NCBI GenBank assembly: GCA_963733095.1
Contig: CAVTBV010000009.1
Coordinates: forward strand, 192,001 to 256,000
Source: Candidatus Bathyarchaeota archaeon
GTDB lineage: Archaea; Thermoproteota; Bathyarchaeia; Bathyarchaeales; Bathycorpusculaceae
DNA: 64,000 bases
Reading direction: 5' to 3'
Of this stretch, positions 1 through 10,596 are shown in pieces. The notes under the pieces were generated by a model. It saw only the letters and a program-made list of their open reading frames with translations, was not told where the DNA came from and searched no databases. Every line of letters begins with the position of its first letter. Positions within the stretch are counted from its first letter, which is position 1. The position numbers and the translations under genes were made by a program.

Positions 1-1
1 C

Positions 2-1150
2 GTAATCCTCGACCACCACCAGACCAATTCCAAGGTTGTTAACCCAAATTTTGTTCAGGTAAACCCTCATGCCTTCGGCATCGATGGGGCAACAGACGTT
101 AGTGGTTCAGGCGTGGCTTACTTTGCAGCTAAAGCGGTGAATGCTGCGAACGTTGATTTAGCGCCCGTAGCCTTGGTTGGCGCCCTTGGGGACATGCAGG
201 ACAAACACGAGCAACGAAGCATGAGAAGCTTAAACGAGATAATAGTTAACGACGGCGTCGCCGCTGGCTTGCTTAAGGTCGAAAAAGACCTGATTTTCTT
301 CGGCAGAGAAACAAGACCTATCTACAAGATGCTCGCTACAACTACAAATCCGTTTATTCCTGGTTTGAGTGGTCAAGAGACTGAAGCTTTGAATTTTGTT
401 GCAAACCTGGGCATTCCCCTCAAGCAGGGTGACAAGTTGCGGGCTCTCTGCGACTTAACAGACGAAGAACGAAAACGCTTGTGCTCAGCTTTAGCAGACT
501 ACCTGTTGTCTAAGGGGTTGCATATGGAAGTCGAGAATCTAATCGGTTATGTTTACGTTTTAACCAAGGAAGAACCCAACACAGCTCTTAGGGATGGCCG
601 CGAATTTGCAGTGGTTCTGAATTCGGCAGGACGCATGGATCGACCGAGCCTTGGCATCGCAATCTGTATGGGCGATCGAAAAGCAGCCCTTGAGGAATCC
701 AGTAAAATCCTCGAAGACTACCGCAAAAACATCAACAAATACCTCGGCTGGGTAGCAGAAAAACCCGAACGCATGCGAGAACTCCAAAACATCTACGTTA
801 TCTACGGCGAGAACTTTATCAACGAAAAAATCATCGGGACCGTCTCCTCCATAATCGTCTCCAGCCTTGCCAACAACGAGAAACCGCTCTTAGCGTTCGC
901 CAACATTGAGGCAGAAAAAGCTGCAAAGTTTTCTGGCAGAACAACCGAAGCTGCTTTGCGTAAAGGCGTTAATCTTGGCGATGTTATGCGGCTTGCTTCG
1001 GAAGCGAACGGTGGCAAGGGGGGAGGACATAACATCGCTGCAGGCGCCCAGGTGCCACTTGACAAAGTTATTGATTTTCTTAAAACCGCCGATGAGTTGG
1101 TGGGTCGACAGTTGAAGGGTGAGAAGCTTGCAGGCAACAGTCACGCTTGA
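2..1150 (+). CDS. DHH-family phosphoesterase, RecJ/Cdc45-like (5' truncated by window edge)
   Basis: Frame is open from position 2 (VILDHHQ = DHH motif) and ends with the DHHA1 motif GGGHNIAAGA. Confidence 0.9.
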   Translation, partial: VILDHHQTNSKVVNPNFVQVNPHAFGIDGATDVSGSGVAYFAAKAVNAANVDLAPVALVGALGDMQDKHEQRSMRSLNEIIVNDGVAAGLLKVEKDLIFFGRETRPIYKMLATTTNPFIPGLSGQETEALNFVANLGIPLKQGDKLRALCDLTDEERKRLCSALADYLLSKGLHMEVENLIGYVYVLTKEEPNTALRDGREFAVVLNSAGRMDRPSLGIAICMGDRKAALEESSKILEDYRKNINKYLGWVAEKPERMRELQNIYVIYGENFINEKIIGTVSSIIVSSLANNEKPLLAFANIEAEKAAKFSGRTTEAALRKGVNLGDVMRLASEANGGKGGGHNIAAGAQVPLDKVIDFLKTADELVGRQLKGEKLAGNSHA

Positions 1151-1370
1151 GTACAAAGACGAAAAGACTGCAAAAGCCGTTGCAGAAGCTGTCTCGCCAG
1201 ACAATTTTAAAATGCCAGTTGGCTTGCGGGTTAAAACGGTTAGGGGAAACAACAAAGTAGTAACACAAATTGAATGCGATGGCAAACTTGCTACCTTCAC
1301 AGCTACCATCGATGACCTTCTCTGCAGCGCATCCACCGCAGAAAAAACGCTTTATTCCATAACAAAATAG
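1119..1370 (+). CDS. pcc1: KEOPS complex subunit Pcc1
   Basis: 83 aa with A..V..A.SPDN and TIDDLL motifs; follows the RecJ-like gene. Confidence 0.8.
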   Translation: MRSLQATVTLEYKDEKTAKAVAEAVSPDNFKMPVGLRVKTVRGNNKVVTQIECDGKLATFTATIDDLLCSASTAEKTLYSITK

Positions 1371-1584
1371 ACCAATCTATTTCGCCCTAAGTTTATTGTT
1401 GACTGTTTGGACTTTTTGGATCCTATCATATCCTATTAGGGCTTCTATGTTGAAACGATAGATGGGTAGGTTGTCTGCGCAATAAGCTATTTGGACCCCT
1501 AATAGAAACTCATTGCACAAACCTTTAGGTGATAGGTCACCGTTAAATGTTTTAAACAGTCAATAGCATGTTGAAACTAAATGG

Positions 1585-1998
1585 TTACGGTAGGGGCTTG
1601 TAGGTTAAGGCGATTGCGCCGCCGATTATTCCGAATCCTGCGCCGACAAAGTATCCACCCATACCAACAAAGCTAATGGTTGAAAACACTACGATAACCA
1701 CACCCCAAAGGACATGTTCCTGCGGATGAACCCTCAAAACCAAAGCACTCATTACAACGATTACTCCGCATACAAGACTAACAACTGAGACTGCGGTGAA
1801 GAAACCGTTGGAGCTTCCGTAGTTGCCCATGAAGCCATGGTAGCCGCCAATCATGCTGCGTATGTAGTCGCCAAAGCCACCCCATGCAGGTGCGTTGGTA
1901 CCAAACCAAACAGCATTAACCAAACTTAAAAAGAGGACAATTAAGCCTCCGATAAACGAAATTAAAAAAGGCACGAATACTCCCTGTCTAGTACTCAC
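1585..1998 (-). CDS. small integral membrane protein (DUF6114-like)
   Basis: Four hydrophobic segments; Gly-rich C-terminus GG..G..GIIGGAIAL. Confidence 0.65.
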   Translation of the reverse strand: MSTRQGVFVPFLISFIGGLIVLFLSLVNAVWFGTNAPAWGGFGDYIRSMIGGYHGFMGNYGSSNGFFTAVSVVSLVCGVIVVMSALVLRVHPQEHVLWGVVIVVFSTISFVGMGGYFVGAGFGIIGGAIALTYKPLP

Positions 1999-2010
1999 TA
2001 TTTCACCTCC

Positions 2011-3771
2011 TTAGATGAATCTCCTTGGGTCAGTGTCTATGTCCACTATTGTGGGCACGGTTGCTTTGAGGGCTTTGTCAACGGCTGCTTCCAACTCGTT
2101 TGGCTCGGAAACTTTGATGCCTAAACCGCCTGCGTTCTCAGCGAAAGCTGCGAAGCTGAAATCATGAAGTTCTGTCTGCCAACTCTCGTATCTTTCCACC
2201 TTCTGTTCCTGCATAATCATTCCCAAATGCTTGTTATTTATGACGAACACTTTAACGGGCAAATTGTACTTGAGTGCTGTAAGGAAATCGCCCAGAACCA
2301 TCGTTAAGCCGCCGTCGCCAGTTAAACAAACAATCTGACGTTCAGGATAAGCCAACGCCGCCGCCAAGGCTCCTGGCAAACCAAACCCCATAGTAGCTAA
2401 ACCTCCGCTCATAACCATCTTCTGCGTCTTTTTCATGGCAAAGTTTCTGCCAAACCACCAGCAGTTCTCGCCAACGTCTAGTGAAATTACGGCACTGTCC
2501 GCAATTTTTTGGTTTAATATCTTGATGATGTATTGTGGTCTTATGGGTTTTAGATTTCCATCGGCTTCTTTTTCAAGCTGCTCTAGCCATTCCTGTTTCA
2601 ACCCTGCAACTTCAGCGACGTAAGTGCTGTTCTCCTTTTGTTTGACTTTTTCAGTTAACTTTGGAATCAACACTGCACTGTTACCCAGCAATCCCACTTC
2701 AACGGGGTATCGGCGAGCAATCATGAGGGGGTTAATGTCAATTTGGACTATTCGTCTTTTGGGAATCTGAGATAGTTCTGAAAATGATGAGCCTATGGCT
2801 ATGAGCAGATCTGTTTTTTCCATTAGTTGACCCGCTGCGGTTGAACCAACCCCGCCATGACAACCAACATAGAGCGGTTCGTTATCGTCGACGACCCCTT
2901 TAGCTCGGAAAGTTGAGATAATCGGCGCCCCAATCTTTGATGCCAACTTTAACAGTTTGTTGCCTTGTCCTCTGGTGCCAAAACCCGCCAAAATTACAGG
3001 TCTGATGGCTGAATCGATAACTTTTGCGGCCTTCTCAATCATCCAATCCTCCTGTCCATACGCAAGATTAGGCATTCTGCCTTCAAAGGGCAAAATCTGT
3101 GTTTCATACGGCAGCTTTTGTACATCGTTTGGGATCCCGATGTGAGCGACTCCCTGGTCGAGGAGTGCATGTTTAATCGCCAAAGTCGCCAGAGTTGTGG
3201 TTTGGTCTTCGGTCATTAGAGTTTTGTTGTAGACACTTATGGGTTCGAAGAATGCTTGGTGGTCGATTTCCTGCAGTGCGCCTTGTCCTATTAGTTTGCG
3301 TGGAACCATACCTGTTAGGGCTAACACTGGTGCATGGTCGAGTTGAGCATCATATAGACCTGTGGCAAGGTTGGTTGTGCCCGGACCCGAGATGCTGAGG
3401 GTAGCCGCCACGTGCCCAGTTAGTTTGCCGTAGGCAGAAGCCATAAACGCTGCGCTTTCTTCGTGGCGGACTTGGATGTACTTTACTTTGCCGTTGCTCT
3501 TTCGTATGGCATCCACCACACCCAATGTTGACGTGCCAGGTATGCCAAAAACGAACTTGACGCCCCACTCGGCAATCTGGTTGATAAGCACTTCAGAAAC
3601 CGTATGTTCAACCTTCTTCTCTTCCCCACTTCCCTCCGCCAACACCACAAACGCCGATTTAGGTGCTCCACAAACGGGACAAACCCATTCTTTGGGCAAA
3701 TCAGCAAACTTTACTTTTTCTTTCGCATCATCATAAACAAAATTGCAGACCGTACACCTGTATTTCGCCAT
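2011..3771 (-). CDS. rubredoxin domain fused to ThDP-dependent pyruvate oxidase-like enzyme
   Basis: N-terminal CTVC...WVCPVCG rubredoxin motif; RHEESAAF and GDGG...NN ThDP motifs. Confidence 0.9.
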   Translation of the reverse strand: MAKYRCTVCNFVYDDAKEKVKFADLPKEWVCPVCGAPKSAFVVLAEGSGEEKKVEHTVSEVLINQIAEWGVKFVFGIPGTSTLGVVDAIRKSNGKVKYIQVRHEESAAFMASAYGKLTGHVAATLSISGPGTTNLATGLYDAQLDHAPVLALTGMVPRKLIGQGALQEIDHQAFFEPISVYNKTLMTEDQTTTLATLAIKHALLDQGVAHIGIPNDVQKLPYETQILPFEGRMPNLAYGQEDWMIEKAAKVIDSAIRPVILAGFGTRGQGNKLLKLASKIGAPIISTFRAKGVVDDNEPLYVGCHGGVGSTAAGQLMEKTDLLIAIGSSFSELSQIPKRRIVQIDINPLMIARRYPVEVGLLGNSAVLIPKLTEKVKQKENSTYVAEVAGLKQEWLEQLEKEADGNLKPIRPQYIIKILNQKIADSAVISLDVGENCWWFGRNFAMKKTQKMVMSGGLATMGFGLPGALAAALAYPERQIVCLTGDGGLTMVLGDFLTALKYNLPVKVFVINNKHLGMIMQEQKVERYESWQTELHDFSFAAFAENAGGLGIKVSEPNELEAAVDKALKATVPTIVDIDTDPRRFI

Positions 3772-3898
3772 AACAAACCCTTCAAAAACGATAATAAACT
3801 AAATGATTCCGCCCTTATCTGTTTATTGGAATGCCAAAAACCGAACAATTTTATAAACCGCTCCAACCAACTATTTAGCAGTAAAGAGATGCACATTT

Positions 3899-4831
3899 AT
3901 GGAGAACTGGGATATCATAATAGTCGGCGCTGGCTCAGCTGGTTTAGCCGCTGGAATCTATGCCGTTCGAAGCGGTTTGAAAACCCTGATTTTAGATGAA
4001 AAATTTGCTGGAGGCGCAATCTCTGATGCCTCAAAAGTCGTCAATTACCCGGGGTTTGCAGAGATAAGCGGTAGCGAACTTTCAGAAAAAATGACAACAC
4101 ATGCTAGAACGGTAGGCGCAACTATTCATGATATAGAAGCCGTAACTGGATTAGACCTCACAGGCGAAGTAAAGACGGTGAAAACCGCGAGTGCCTCCTA
4201 TCAAGCTAAAGCAATCATCTACTCTACAGGCTCACATTATAAGGAGCTGGGTGTGAAGGGTGAAGCCGAATTCAAAGGGAAAGGTGTAAGTTACTGTGGA
4301 GTTTGCGATGGCCCATTCTTTAAGGGTAAACGAGTTCTGGTTGTAGGAGGCGGAAACACCGCTTGCGTTACAACCCTTTATCTTTCAGACTTAGCGTCGC
4401 AGGTTTTTGTCATCCATAGGCGGGCGGCTTTTCGAGCGGAAGAAAGTTTGGTGGCTGATATTTCAAGCAAAAGTAATGTTAGCATAAATTGGAACACTGA
4501 AATCCAAGAGATAAAAGGCGACAAACAAGTCAAAACCGTAACATTAATGGACAACCTGACGCAAAAAACAAGCGAATTAGCCGTTGACGCAGTTTTTGTA
4601 CAGATAGGGGAGGCACCGAACAGTCAATTTGCCAAAGCTGCAGGCGTAGATATAGATGAGCATGGTTACATCAAAGTCAATGTGCGTCAAGAAACCAACC
4701 TGCCTGGCGTGTTCGCTGCAGGCGACGTTACAGACCACCCAATCAAGCAGGTAGGCACGGCAGTGGGTCAAGGCATCACTGCAGCCTTAGAGGCTTATAG
4801 TTACATTCGACGACCATATTACAAAAAATAG
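3899..4831 (+). CDS. trxB: thioredoxin reductase (FAD/NADPH)
   Basis: GAGSAG, CGVCDG redox motif, GGGN and GVFAAGD motifs. Confidence 0.9.
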   Translation: MENWDIIIVGAGSAGLAAGIYAVRSGLKTLILDEKFAGGAISDASKVVNYPGFAEISGSELSEKMTTHARTVGATIHDIEAVTGLDLTGEVKTVKTASASYQAKAIIYSTGSHYKELGVKGEAEFKGKGVSYCGVCDGPFFKGKRVLVVGGGNTACVTTLYLSDLASQVFVIHRRAAFRAEESLVADISSKSNVSINWNTEIQEIKGDKQVKTVTLMDNLTQKTSELAVDAVFVQIGEAPNSQFAKAAGVDIDEHGYIKVNVRQETNLPGVFAAGDVTDHPIKQVGTAVGQGITAALEAYSYIRRPYYKK

Positions 4832-4936
4832 AGAGTAAGGATTATATGATTCTAAAGTCCTTTTCATGGTTTCAATCAGCTTAAGCCATAAAGCAAAGCG
4901 GCAATAACAGAAATGCGCATGAAAAGAGGTTTGTGA

Positions 4937-6163
4937 ATGAGTGAAAAATGTCTTGCTGTAGTAGAAATCGACCAAGACCTTTGCAGCCGATGTTATGTCT
5001 GTAAATCAATCTGCCCCTATGAAGCCATAAAGGCAGATTCAACAGGCAAAGTGGAAATTAACAGCCAGGACTGCCAAGTTTGCGGTATTTGCTACAGTGC
5101 TTGTCCATCTGCTGCGATAAAAATGCAGTATTACACTTACGATAACCTATCCGAATACCTTAAAAAGGCACAGGCAAAAGCCAAAGAAGGCGCTGAAACA
5201 CTAGTTTTGATGTGCCGAGGAAACTCGCCATCCTCAGGTGAAGTTCAAGATATCCTTAACGCGCAAGGGTTGGAAGTTGGCAATTATATGGCTCTACGTT
5301 TGCCCTGTGCAGGAAGAGTTCCGACAGACTTTGTCTTTGAAGCGCTAAATTCCGGCGTAAAAAACATAGTTTCCATCCAATGTGAAGACCCATTCTGTAG
5401 ATACAAAGAAGGCACAAAGATTAACACTCGAAGGCTTGTTTTAGCCCGTAATGTTCTCAAACAGTTAGGCTTCGACGAGAATGCTGTTAGAGTTGTAAAG
5501 TTTTCCCGTAAAGCAGTATATGATGTGCTGGAATGTGTGGGTTGCGGTAAATGTGTTTTCATCTGCCCATATGGCGCGATTGAATTCGAATCTTTTGCAA
5601 CTCCAAAAGTTAACGAGGAGAAGTGCACTGGTTGTGGTGCGTGCCAGCTAGTTTGTCCGCACCATGCGATACAGGTGAAGGGCTTTGAATTTGAAGATGT
5701 TGTTGACCGCTACGGCAAATCGCTCGCACTGTTAAAAGATAAAAACAAAGGTCCAGCCGTCCTCGCTTTTGTCTGTCAATGGTCAGAATTCTCAGCATTA
5801 GATAACCCAAATAAAGCATTCGAAGGCAAAAACGTCTTAGCCCTTGAAGTTCCCTGCTTCAAATCTCTCGACCCAGTCCATATCATCAATGCATTAAACT
5901 GTGGTTTCGACGGCGTAATGGGCGTGGTCTGCTCATCTAATGACTGCAAGCTCCAAGAAGGTCGAGACACAGCCGAACGCAATCAGGCCGCTTTGAAGGT
6001 TGTGCTTAAAGAATTGGGTGTGCTCGACAGATTCGAACTCTACGAGGAATCCCCTAGGTGCGCTGGCGACTTTGAGGCTAAACTCGATGAATTCTACAAA
6101 AAGATTTGTGCTTTACCTAAACGTGAAGTAGCTGTGGAGGCGACTGCAAAACGTACAAAATAG
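4937..6163 (+). CDS. multi-Fe-S protein with 4Fe-4S ferredoxin domains and two MvhD-like domains
   Basis: Four CxxCxxCxxxCP motifs; LPCAGRV...C...C and FVCQW...VPC...C...C MvhD-type motifs. Confidence 0.8.
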   Translation: MSEKCLAVVEIDQDLCSRCYVCKSICPYEAIKADSTGKVEINSQDCQVCGICYSACPSAAIKMQYYTYDNLSEYLKKAQAKAKEGAETLVLMCRGNSPSSGEVQDILNAQGLEVGNYMALRLPCAGRVPTDFVFEALNSGVKNIVSIQCEDPFCRYKEGTKINTRRLVLARNVLKQLGFDENAVRVVKFSRKAVYDVLECVGCGKCVFICPYGAIEFESFATPKVNEEKCTGCGACQLVCPHHAIQVKGFEFEDVVDRYGKSLALLKDKNKGPAVLAFVCQWSEFSALDNPNKAFEGKNVLALEVPCFKSLDPVHIINALNCGFDGVMGVVCSSNDCKLQEGRDTAERNQAALKVVLKELGVLDRFELYEESPRCAGDFEAKLDEFYKKICALPKREVAVEATAKRTK

Positions 6164-6996
6164 TATCGAAAAAAGAACTAGTTCCCAAGATTAAACTCTT
6201 AGAGGTTGACGCTCCAGACGTTGCGGCTCAATCGCACGCTGGCCAATTCCTAATAGTAATTCACGGCAAAACAGGCGAACGCATACCATTAACCATCTGC
6301 GGATATGATACTGCGAAAGGCACAGTTTCTTTTGCCTTCCATGAAGTCGGCAAAACCACCAAAGACTTGGGTTCACTAAACCAAGGCGATTGCATCGACA
6401 ACATTACTGGTCCACTAGGTAACCCTTCTGAAGTGAAGAACTTCGGCAAGGTCCTGTGTGTGGGCGGAAGCGTAATGATTGCACCCTTACTGCTGCAAGT
6501 TAAAGCTATGAAAGAAGCAGGCAACAAAGTAACCACCGTTCTTGGTGCACGAACAAAAGAGTTCATAATGATGGAAGAGGAAGCTAAACGTTACAGCGAC
6601 AAAGTCATAGTAGGAACTGACGATGGCTCAAGCGGTTACAAAGGCTTAGATTTCCTAAAAGAGTTGCTGAAGACAGAAAAGTTTGACCGCTGCGTAGTTA
6701 TGGGTCCAGTAATTCTCATGAAGGATGTTAGCGAAATCACCAAACCCTACAACATCCCAACAATCGTCACCCTAACCCCTATAATGATCGATGGGATGGG
6801 CATGTGCGGGGTCTGCCGAGTAACGGTTGATGGCAAAATGATGTTCGGATGCGTAGATGGACCAGAATTTGACGGTCACAAAACAAACTTTGACGAGTTA
6901 ATTCTACGTCAACGAACCATGCTTCCAGAAGAAAGATTAAGTTCAGTACTATCGGAAATGAGTGGAGGTTGCAAGTGTGGCAGAAACAAAGCCTAA
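6151..6996 (+). CDS. nfnA: NfnA/SudB-like FAD/NAD-binding 2Fe-2S subunit; probable non-canonical ACG start
   Basis: In-frame extension above 6367 reads (ACG)YKIVSKKELVPKIKLLEVDAPDVA...GQF...GERIPLTI; C-terminal DGMGMCGVCRV...CVDGPEF. Confidence 0.85.
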   Translation, partial: TYKIVSKKELVPKIKLLEVDAPDVAAQSHAGQFLIVIHGKTGERIPLTICGYDTAKGTVSFAFHEVGKTTKDLGSLNQGDCIDNITGPLGNPSEVKNFGKVLCVGGSVMIAPLLLQVKAMKEAGNKVTTVLGARTKEFIMMEEEAKRYSDKVIVGTDDGSSGYKGLDFLKELLKTEKFDRCVVMGPVILMKDVSEITKPYNIPTIVTLTPIMIDGMGMCGVCRVTVDGKMMFGCVDGPEFDGHKTNFDELILRQRTMLPEERLSSVLSEMSGGCKCGRNKA

Positions 6997-8386
6997 ACCA
7001 AAGTTAAACAAAAAAGCCGTAGAGATGGCAAAGCAAGAGCCTAAAGTTCGCGCTAAAAATTTCGGTGAAGTTGCTTTAGGTTACACTGAAGCAGACGCCC
7101 AAGAAGAAGCAAGCCGATGCCTGCAATGCCCAAAACCCCAATGTGTAACAGGTTGCCCAGTGGAGGTTCCTATTCCAGCATTTATAAAATGCATCCGCGA
7201 AAAGAAGTACGCTGAAGGCATTGCAACTATAAAAACCAAGAACGCCTTGCCAGCTGTTTGCGGACGTGTTTGCCCGCAAGAAGAGCAATGCCAAAAGAAA
7301 TGTGTTATCGGCAAAATGGGCGAACCGGTAAGCATCGGACGTTTAGAACGGTTCTTAGCAGACTGGGAACGCGACAATGGTTTCCAACTTCCGCCAAAAG
7401 CTCCATCAACGGGCAAAAAAGTCGCTGTTGTCGGTGCTGGTCCAGCAGGATTAACTGTTGCAGCAGACCTGGTGAAGCTGGGTCACGAAATCACGATGTT
7501 TGAAGCGTTGCATGTCGGCGGCGGAGTGCTCATGTATGGTATTCCCGAGTTCCGTTTACCTAAAGCCATTGTGCAAAACGAAGTCAACTACGTCGAGAAA
7601 CTCGGCGTTGACTTGCGTCTGGGCAACTTGGTCGGTAGAATCCACACTATCCCAGAACTTATGAAGAACGGCTACGAGGCAGTATTCATCGGTAGTGGCG
7701 CAGGCTTGCCACAGTTCACGGGGTGCAAAGGAGAAAACCTCGGTGGAATCTACTCGGCAAACGAATTCCTCATCCGCGTTAACCTCATGAAAGCATACCT
7801 GTTCCCTGAGTACGATACTCCAATTCGCATCGGCAAAAAAGTAGTTGTCATCGGCGGCGGAAACGTAGCCATGGACTGCGCAAGAAGCAGTATGCGACTC
7901 GGCTCCGAAGTATGCTTACTCTACAGACGTTCAAGAAACGAGTTACCCGCAAGACACGAAGAAATCGAGAACGCAGAAGAAGAAGGCTTAGTCTGCAAAT
8001 TCCTCGCAGCGCCAATGGAGTTCTACGGGGACGATAAAGGCTGGGTTAACGCCATGAAAGTCATCGCGATGGAGCTAACTGAACCCGATGCAAAAGGCAG
8101 ACGAGGCGTCAAAGAAGTCCCAGGCTCAGAATTCACTATGGACGTTGACACAGTCATAATCGCCATCGGACAAACACCAAACCCAATCATCCAACGCACC
8201 ACAGACGGCTTAGTAAGCGACCCAAAACGCGGAACCATATGCGTTAACGAAGTCGGCAAAACCAGCTTAGACGGGGTTTACGCAGGCGGAGACGTCGCAA
8301 CCGGTGCAGCAACAGTCATTAGCGCTATGGGCGCAGGCAAACGAGCAGCAAAAGCAATGCACGAATACCTCACAAGCAAACAATAA
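6977..8386 (+). CDS. nfnB: NfnB/SudA-like (GltD-family) NADPH-dependent oxidoreductase large subunit
   Basis: EASRCLQC...GCPV, CGRVCPQE, GAGPAG and GGGNVAMD motifs; GTG at 6977 follows GGAGG. Confidence 0.9.
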   Translation: MAETKPKPKLNKKAVEMAKQEPKVRAKNFGEVALGYTEADAQEEASRCLQCPKPQCVTGCPVEVPIPAFIKCIREKKYAEGIATIKTKNALPAVCGRVCPQEEQCQKKCVIGKMGEPVSIGRLERFLADWERDNGFQLPPKAPSTGKKVAVVGAGPAGLTVAADLVKLGHEITMFEALHVGGGVLMYGIPEFRLPKAIVQNEVNYVEKLGVDLRLGNLVGRIHTIPELMKNGYEAVFIGSGAGLPQFTGCKGENLGGIYSANEFLIRVNLMKAYLFPEYDTPIRIGKKVVVIGGGNVAMDCARSSMRLGSEVCLLYRRSRNELPARHEEIENAEEEGLVCKFLAAPMEFYGDDKGWVNAMKVIAMELTEPDAKGRRGVKEVPGSEFTMDVDTVIIAIGQTPNPIIQRTTDGLVSDPKRGTICVNEVGKTSLDGVYAGGDVATGAATVISAMGAGKRAAKAMHEYLTSKQ

Positions 8387-8501
8387 TCCTCCATAGTCCC
8401 CTTCTTTGTGGACAATTTCATTTTTTCAATTTTTTCTCTATTGACATCACCAATTATCTTTAGTTCCTCAAAAGAACAATATTTTCTGCTTACATTCATG
8501 A

Positions 8502-9266
8502 GTGCGGTTGCCATACGGTAATATAGCTTCAAAGCCAATGATTTGCCATATGCATAAGATTAAAGGCTCCAGCAACTACCTAAAAAACCAAGTCAGAAAA
8601 AACCTTGCCAAAGCAGCGCTTAGCGCAATAATATTTGCGGCTGTCTCCGCTCTCTTAATTTACCGAATACTATCAACGCTTCAAGTTGGCATTTTGGAGG
8701 AGACAGGTCTTGTTTTCTTGCTTGCACCAATAGTTGCCTTCTATTTTTACCTGCGTAAATACCACATCTACCAAGGTGGCTGGCAAGGGGAAAAACAAGT
8801 AGCCAAACTGTTAAGCAGCAAACTAAACGATGACTACTACCTTTTAAACGACCTGTACCTGAGCGGTGGAGGCGGAGACATCGACCACATCGTTTTGAGT
8901 CCTAACGGCGTTTTAGTTTTGGAGACCAAGAATTGGAGCGGCAGCGTATCTTGCAACGGTGACGAGTGGCAGCGAGTTGGAAAACGTAACTTTTCGGGTA
9001 GTCCAAGCCGTCAGGTTAAACGAAACGCTGCCAAAATTAAACAAATAATCGACAACAGCCCAACGTTAAAACAGGTTGGCATATGGGTCGAAGGCATTGT
9101 GGTTTTGACGAATAATCATGCCACCTTGCATTTAAATAACCCGACTGTTCCAATCCTTCCTCTTTCCAAGTTACCTAGTTACATAACCGCTTATAGAAGT
9201 GCAAGAAGCTTTTCTCGCGAACAACTAGAGGCCATAGGAAAAGAAATAGTTAAACAAAAAAACTAA
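8502..9266 (+). CDS. membrane-anchored NERD-domain putative nuclease
   Basis: Two TM helices, then G..GE, DIDHIV and LETKNW motifs; true start probably a downstream ATG. Confidence 0.85.
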   Translation: MRLPYGNIASKPMICHMHKIKGSSNYLKNQVRKNLAKAALSAIIFAAVSALLIYRILSTLQVGILEETGLVFLLAPIVAFYFYLRKYHIYQGGWQGEKQVAKLLSSKLNDDYYLLNDLYLSGGGGDIDHIVLSPNGVLVLETKNWSGSVSCNGDEWQRVGKRNFSGSPSRQVKRNAAKIKQIIDNSPTLKQVGIWVEGIVVLTNNHATLHLNNPTVPILPLSKLPSYITAYRSARSFSREQLEAIGKEIVKQKN

Positions 9267-9997
9267 CTGCACTTAGGAGGGGTGATTTTTAGCCACGCCT
9301 TCCTCTTCACGCAGACCAAAGAAGTGATGGTAGTTACCGTGAGGGCTCCAATCAAGAATGAATTGTAGAATGCTCGATCAGGGTTGAGGGCTGTCACTGC
9401 CAAAACGGAACCCAAAATGTAGAGCGACGCTATCCCAGTTATCAATTGAAGTATATGCAGAACCCTTTTCGCTTCGCAAGCCTTAGATTTTACCCAGTTC
9501 AAGCTAGACTCAATTCGTTCTGACACATCGGGCAAATCATCCAACAGCAACGTTAACCCTGCCAAAACAAAAAAGCGCCCAACATTAACCGCTATGTCAC
9601 TTGAATTCAAAAGAAAAAGGTAAACAAGAGAGATAGATGTGAAGAACACCACAAACAATGAAGCGAATAGAAGAACTAAAAAGCCGTAGACATAGTGATG
9701 AAAGAGGAATCTTCCCGTATGCAAAGCGCGGCCTACGCAGGCTGCTGGAAAAATGTTGATCACTGAAGCTGCGATTGCAAACCAAAGCAGGTTTCCATCG
9801 ATTAGGTAGGGGTAGAAGGGAAGCCAGTATGGGTAAGCTTTGTAGAAGCCAAATAAAAGTCCAGAAACGACCCCCAACGTGATGAGTGCGTTGAAAATCA
9901 ATGCCAGACTGAATATTTTCTTCAAGATTACTCTTACGGATCCAGCCATTTTACGCCAAGCCCTAAGATAAGCCCTCAACGCAGTTTCATACAACAC
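9263..9997 (-). CDS. hypothetical polytopic membrane protein
   Basis: About six hydrophobic helices; HHYVYG motif. Confidence 0.7.
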   Translation of the reverse strand: MLYETALRAYLRAWRKMAGSVRVILKKIFSLALIFNALITLGVVSGLLFGFYKAYPYWLPFYPYLIDGNLLWFAIAASVINIFPAACVGRALHTGRFLFHHYVYGFLVLLFASLFVVFFTSISLVYLFLLNSSDIAVNVGRFFVLAGLTLLLDDLPDVSERIESSLNWVKSKACEAKRVLHILQLITGIASLYILGSVLAVTALNPDRAFYNSFLIGALTVTTITSLVCVKRKAWLKITPPKCS

Positions 9998-10135
9998 TTG
10001 CAGCTCAATCTTTTATAAGTAACGCAAATAAAACCCAAAAACAATGAGTATCGATCTCAACTGTTGTACGAATGAGATTTAGAGGCCGCCGAAGAGAACC
10101 TTTTTATTTTTTCTCATTCTAAGCAACAATAATCG

Positions 10136-10504
10136 GTGAAGACTTTGGGCAGCATCGGATTAGGCGCACTTGTAGGGTTCTTAATTACAGTAATCCTGAG
10201 CGTAATTTATCCGAGTTTCGGGTTTGTTGTCGGCGCTTTCTTTGGAGGAATAATCGCTGGGTTCATTGCGCGAGGTATACTGGGTGGAGCAATGGCTGGT
10301 TTCCTTTCAGGATTCGCTAGCGCCGTCGTGTTAGCAATATTGTCATTTCTCCATGTTATTGTCGTTGAAACTGTTAGGCATGGGATTTTGGGTTTTCTGT
10401 TCGGCGGCTTGGCAGGGTTAGTTCTAGGCGTGTTAGTTCTGATTTTGGTTACGGTGGTGTCTGTAATAGCCGGAGTCATCGGCGGCATAATCACAAGATA
10501 TTGA
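10136..10504 (+). CDS. Gly-rich membrane protein (DUF5518-like)
   Basis: G..GG.IAG.IARG...G..AGFL.G pattern; paralog of the next gene. Confidence 0.75.
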   Translation: MKTLGSIGLGALVGFLITVILSVIYPSFGFVVGAFFGGIIAGFIARGILGGAMAGFLSGFASAVVLAILSFLHVIVVETVRHGILGFLFGGLAGLVLGVLVLILVTVVSVIAGVIGGIITRY

Positions 10505-10596
10505 CCGATGGATTTTTTGTAATTGCGCCTTTACACCAACAAAACATTATCTGAAGAGTATCTCCTAACTAATTAAGTAACTGAGTATTCTGTGCA

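Noticed and set aside
6962-8386. Glutamate synthase
   Set aside because: No large subunit nearby; pairing with an NfnA/SudB-like gene indicates Nfn/Sud
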